64,000 bases of DNA from Polyangiales bacterium (GTDB taxonomy: Bacteria > Myxococcota_A > Polyangia > Polyangiales > Ga0077539). Each line of letters opens with the position of its first letter. Position 1 is the first letter of the stretch. The DNA lies in assembly GCA_044229975.1 (NCBI GenBank), contig JBGARZ010000006.1, forward strand, positions 192,001 to 256,000. The letters are read 5' to 3'. The notes beneath the pieces were generated by a model. It saw nothing but the letters and a program-made list of their open reading frames with translations. It was not told the DNA's origin and did no database searches. The translations under genes were made by a program, and so were the position numbers. This document shows, one piece after another, positions 62,390 through 64,000 of the stretch.

Positions 62390-63496
62390 ATGCCGCGCAC
62401 GCTTGCCACACCGTCCCGATACCGTCAATCGCTGGGCCATCTGGTCTCCGTCATCGTGGCGTGCGTTGCATGCCGCGATCCAGATTCCGTCCAAGCCCCC
62501 GCGAACGCCCGTCACCCCGCGACCCCGTCGGCGCCCTTCGACGCTCGGCCCGCGGCGCGGCCCTCCCGCTTGGGTCCGCCGTTGCCCCGCTCGGCCTACG
62601 TCGACGCGGGCGCCCGCCCACAGAGCCGTGGCTTTCTAGGACTCGATGACTCGGCTCAGCTCGCGCGTCTCTGCCGCGCGCCCATCGAGCGCATCGAGCG
62701 CAACCGCGGCGGCAGCACGGTGTCGTTTCGCGTGTGGCTCACCGGCGGACAGCGCGCCCTCTTCAAGCCGCAGCAGCGCTCCGAGGTCGCCAACTTCCGC
62801 GCCGAGCTCGCGGCCTTCCGCATGAGCCGCCTCCTCGACCTCCACCGAACGCCCCCCGCCTGCGGCCGCCTCGTCCCGCGCGAGACCCTGCAACGTGCGG
62901 CCGACGCCTCGGGCGACACTGCCTTCTCGCAGCGCGTGATGACCGAGCTGCTCGGGCGCGTGGAGGAGGTTCCGGGCGCGATGCTGTTCTGGGTGCCGGG
63001 ATCGCTCGACCCGGTGCCGGGCGTCGATGGCTACGCGCAGCTTCTGGATGTGTCGCGGCCGCTCCCGCCCGAGAGCGTGAGCCTCGCCGCCGAGCTCTCT
63101 GCGCTGCTGCTCTTCGACTTCCTCAACGACAACGTCGACCGCTGGTCGGGCGGCAACGTGCTGCGCCAGCACACGGCCAACGGCGAGCCCCTCGCGCCGA
63201 TGCTCTTCATGGACAACGGCGCGTCGTTTAGCGCCATCAACGGCGGGCTCGGAGCGAGGCCCAGCGATCAGGCCGCCCGCCTCGAACACGTGCAGCGCTT
63301 CTCGCCGACGCTGCTGCGGTCGTTGCGCGGGCTGACGGCGGCGTCGATCCAGGCGGCCGTGGCCGAAGACCCGCTGGGGCCGTGCCTCTCCGAAGCACAG
63401 ATCCAGGCGGTGCTCGCGCGGCGCGATCGCATCGTCGCGCACGCCAACGAGGTGGCCGCGGCGCACCCGCAGGGGGACGTGTTCGCGTTCCCGTGA
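62390..63496 (+). CDS. FAM20C/four-jointed-like secretory-pathway kinase homolog, probable lipoprotein
   Basis: RALFKP, AELAAFRMSRLLD.HRTPP..GR, LFDFLNDNVDR, FMDNGASF, RFS, AVLARRDRI parallel the FAM20C motifs; hydrophobic segment ending VAC. Confidence 0.78.
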   Translation: MPRTLATPSRYRQSLGHLVSVIVACVACRDPDSVQAPANARHPATPSAPFDARPAARPSRLGPPLPRSAYVDAGARPQSRGFLGLDDSAQLARLCRAPIERIERNRGGSTVSFRVWLTGGQRALFKPQQRSEVANFRAELAAFRMSRLLDLHRTPPACGRLVPRETLQRAADASGDTAFSQRVMTELLGRVEEVPGAMLFWVPGSLDPVPGVDGYAQLLDVSRPLPPESVSLAAELSALLLFDFLNDNVDRWSGGNVLRQHTANGEPLAPMLFMDNGASFSAINGGLGARPSDQAARLEHVQRFSPTLLRSLRGLTAASIQAAVAEDPLGPCLSEAQIQAVLARRDRIVAHANEVAAAHPQGDVFAFP

Positions 63497-63536
63497 GCAT
63501 TGCGGAATTGGCTCGTGGGGCTACATAGTCTGGACG

Positions 63537-64000
63537 ATGTCCAATGCGCTGACCCTGGCTGAAGCACGACGAGCCTGGCGCGTTCGACAGCACCTCTCGA
63601 CCCCCTCCACACACTCTCTCCCCGACCTCGTCACCGCCGTCGGCGCCCTGCCCTGCCCGGCCGGTGCGTCGCCCACGCTCGCCCTCTTCGCCCGCGGCGC
63701 CATCGCCCACCGCGCCACCCTCGACGACGCCCTCTTCCGCGATCGATCGCTCGCGCTGGTGCCCGGTCCGCGCGGGCTCTCGTGGGTGGTGGCCGGCGTC
63801 AACGCCCCCGCGGTGCGTGCGTTTGCCGTCGCCGAACACGCCGCCCGCGAGGCCCGCCTCGCCGCCGCATGCGGGCTCTCGTCGCGCGATCTGCTCAGCG
63901 CGCGCGACGCCATCCGCGAGGCGCTCGCGAAGCCCCGCACCTCCGACGCCCTGCGCGATGCGCTGCCGCGTGATGTTCGCCGCGACCTCGGTGAGCCGGG
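63537..64000 (+). CDS. Winged-helix (AlkZ/HTH_42-like) protein, truncated by window end
   Basis: Manual translation MSNALTLAEARRAWRVRQHL...PTLALFAR...LDDALFRDRSL...GPRG; open to the end of the window. Confidence 0.55.
   Translation, partial: MSNALTLAEARRAWRVRQHLSTPSTHSLPDLVTAVGALPCPAGASPTLALFARGAIAHRATLDDALFRDRSLALVPGPRGLSWVVAGVNAPAVRAFAVAEHAAREARLAAACGLSSRDLLSARDAIREALAKPRTSDALRDALPRDVRRDLGEP

Overview
Very GC-rich bacterial chromosome segment, most consistent with Myxococcota (inferred from a MYXO-CTERM-like tail, FHA-sigma54 and FHA-GGDEF proteins, a zinc-ribbon/TPR protein and eukaryote-like kinases). It spans the replication origin: dnaA-dnaN-recF-gyrB on the minus strand, with DnaA-box clusters on both sides of dnaA and a DnaA-trio/AT-rich unwinding element before dnaN. 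Housekeeping genes include hrcA, miaE, class I fumarase, tatD, smpB, comF, corA, phoH and ttcA. Accessory modules are a ferritin-like (DUF455)/ATP-grasp/acyltransferase operon, a lysyl-oxidase lipoprotein, a pseudokinase-GYF membrane protein next to an orphan SctJ, a Septu-like ATPase+HNH pair with a HipBA module, an orphan PAAR-peptidase/VgrG/DUF922 T6SS cassette, a triple-DsbA protein, and a FAM20C-like exported kinase head-to-head with a NAGPA-like phosphodiester glycosidase. Several families of long intergenic palindromes (REP/REPIN/MITE-like, up to a perfect 85-bp inverted repeat) occur in the window. No rRNA, tRNA, CRISPR array, transposase or integrase was recognised. All family assignments come from motif recognition by eye; no database searches were run, and several start codons are best guesses.
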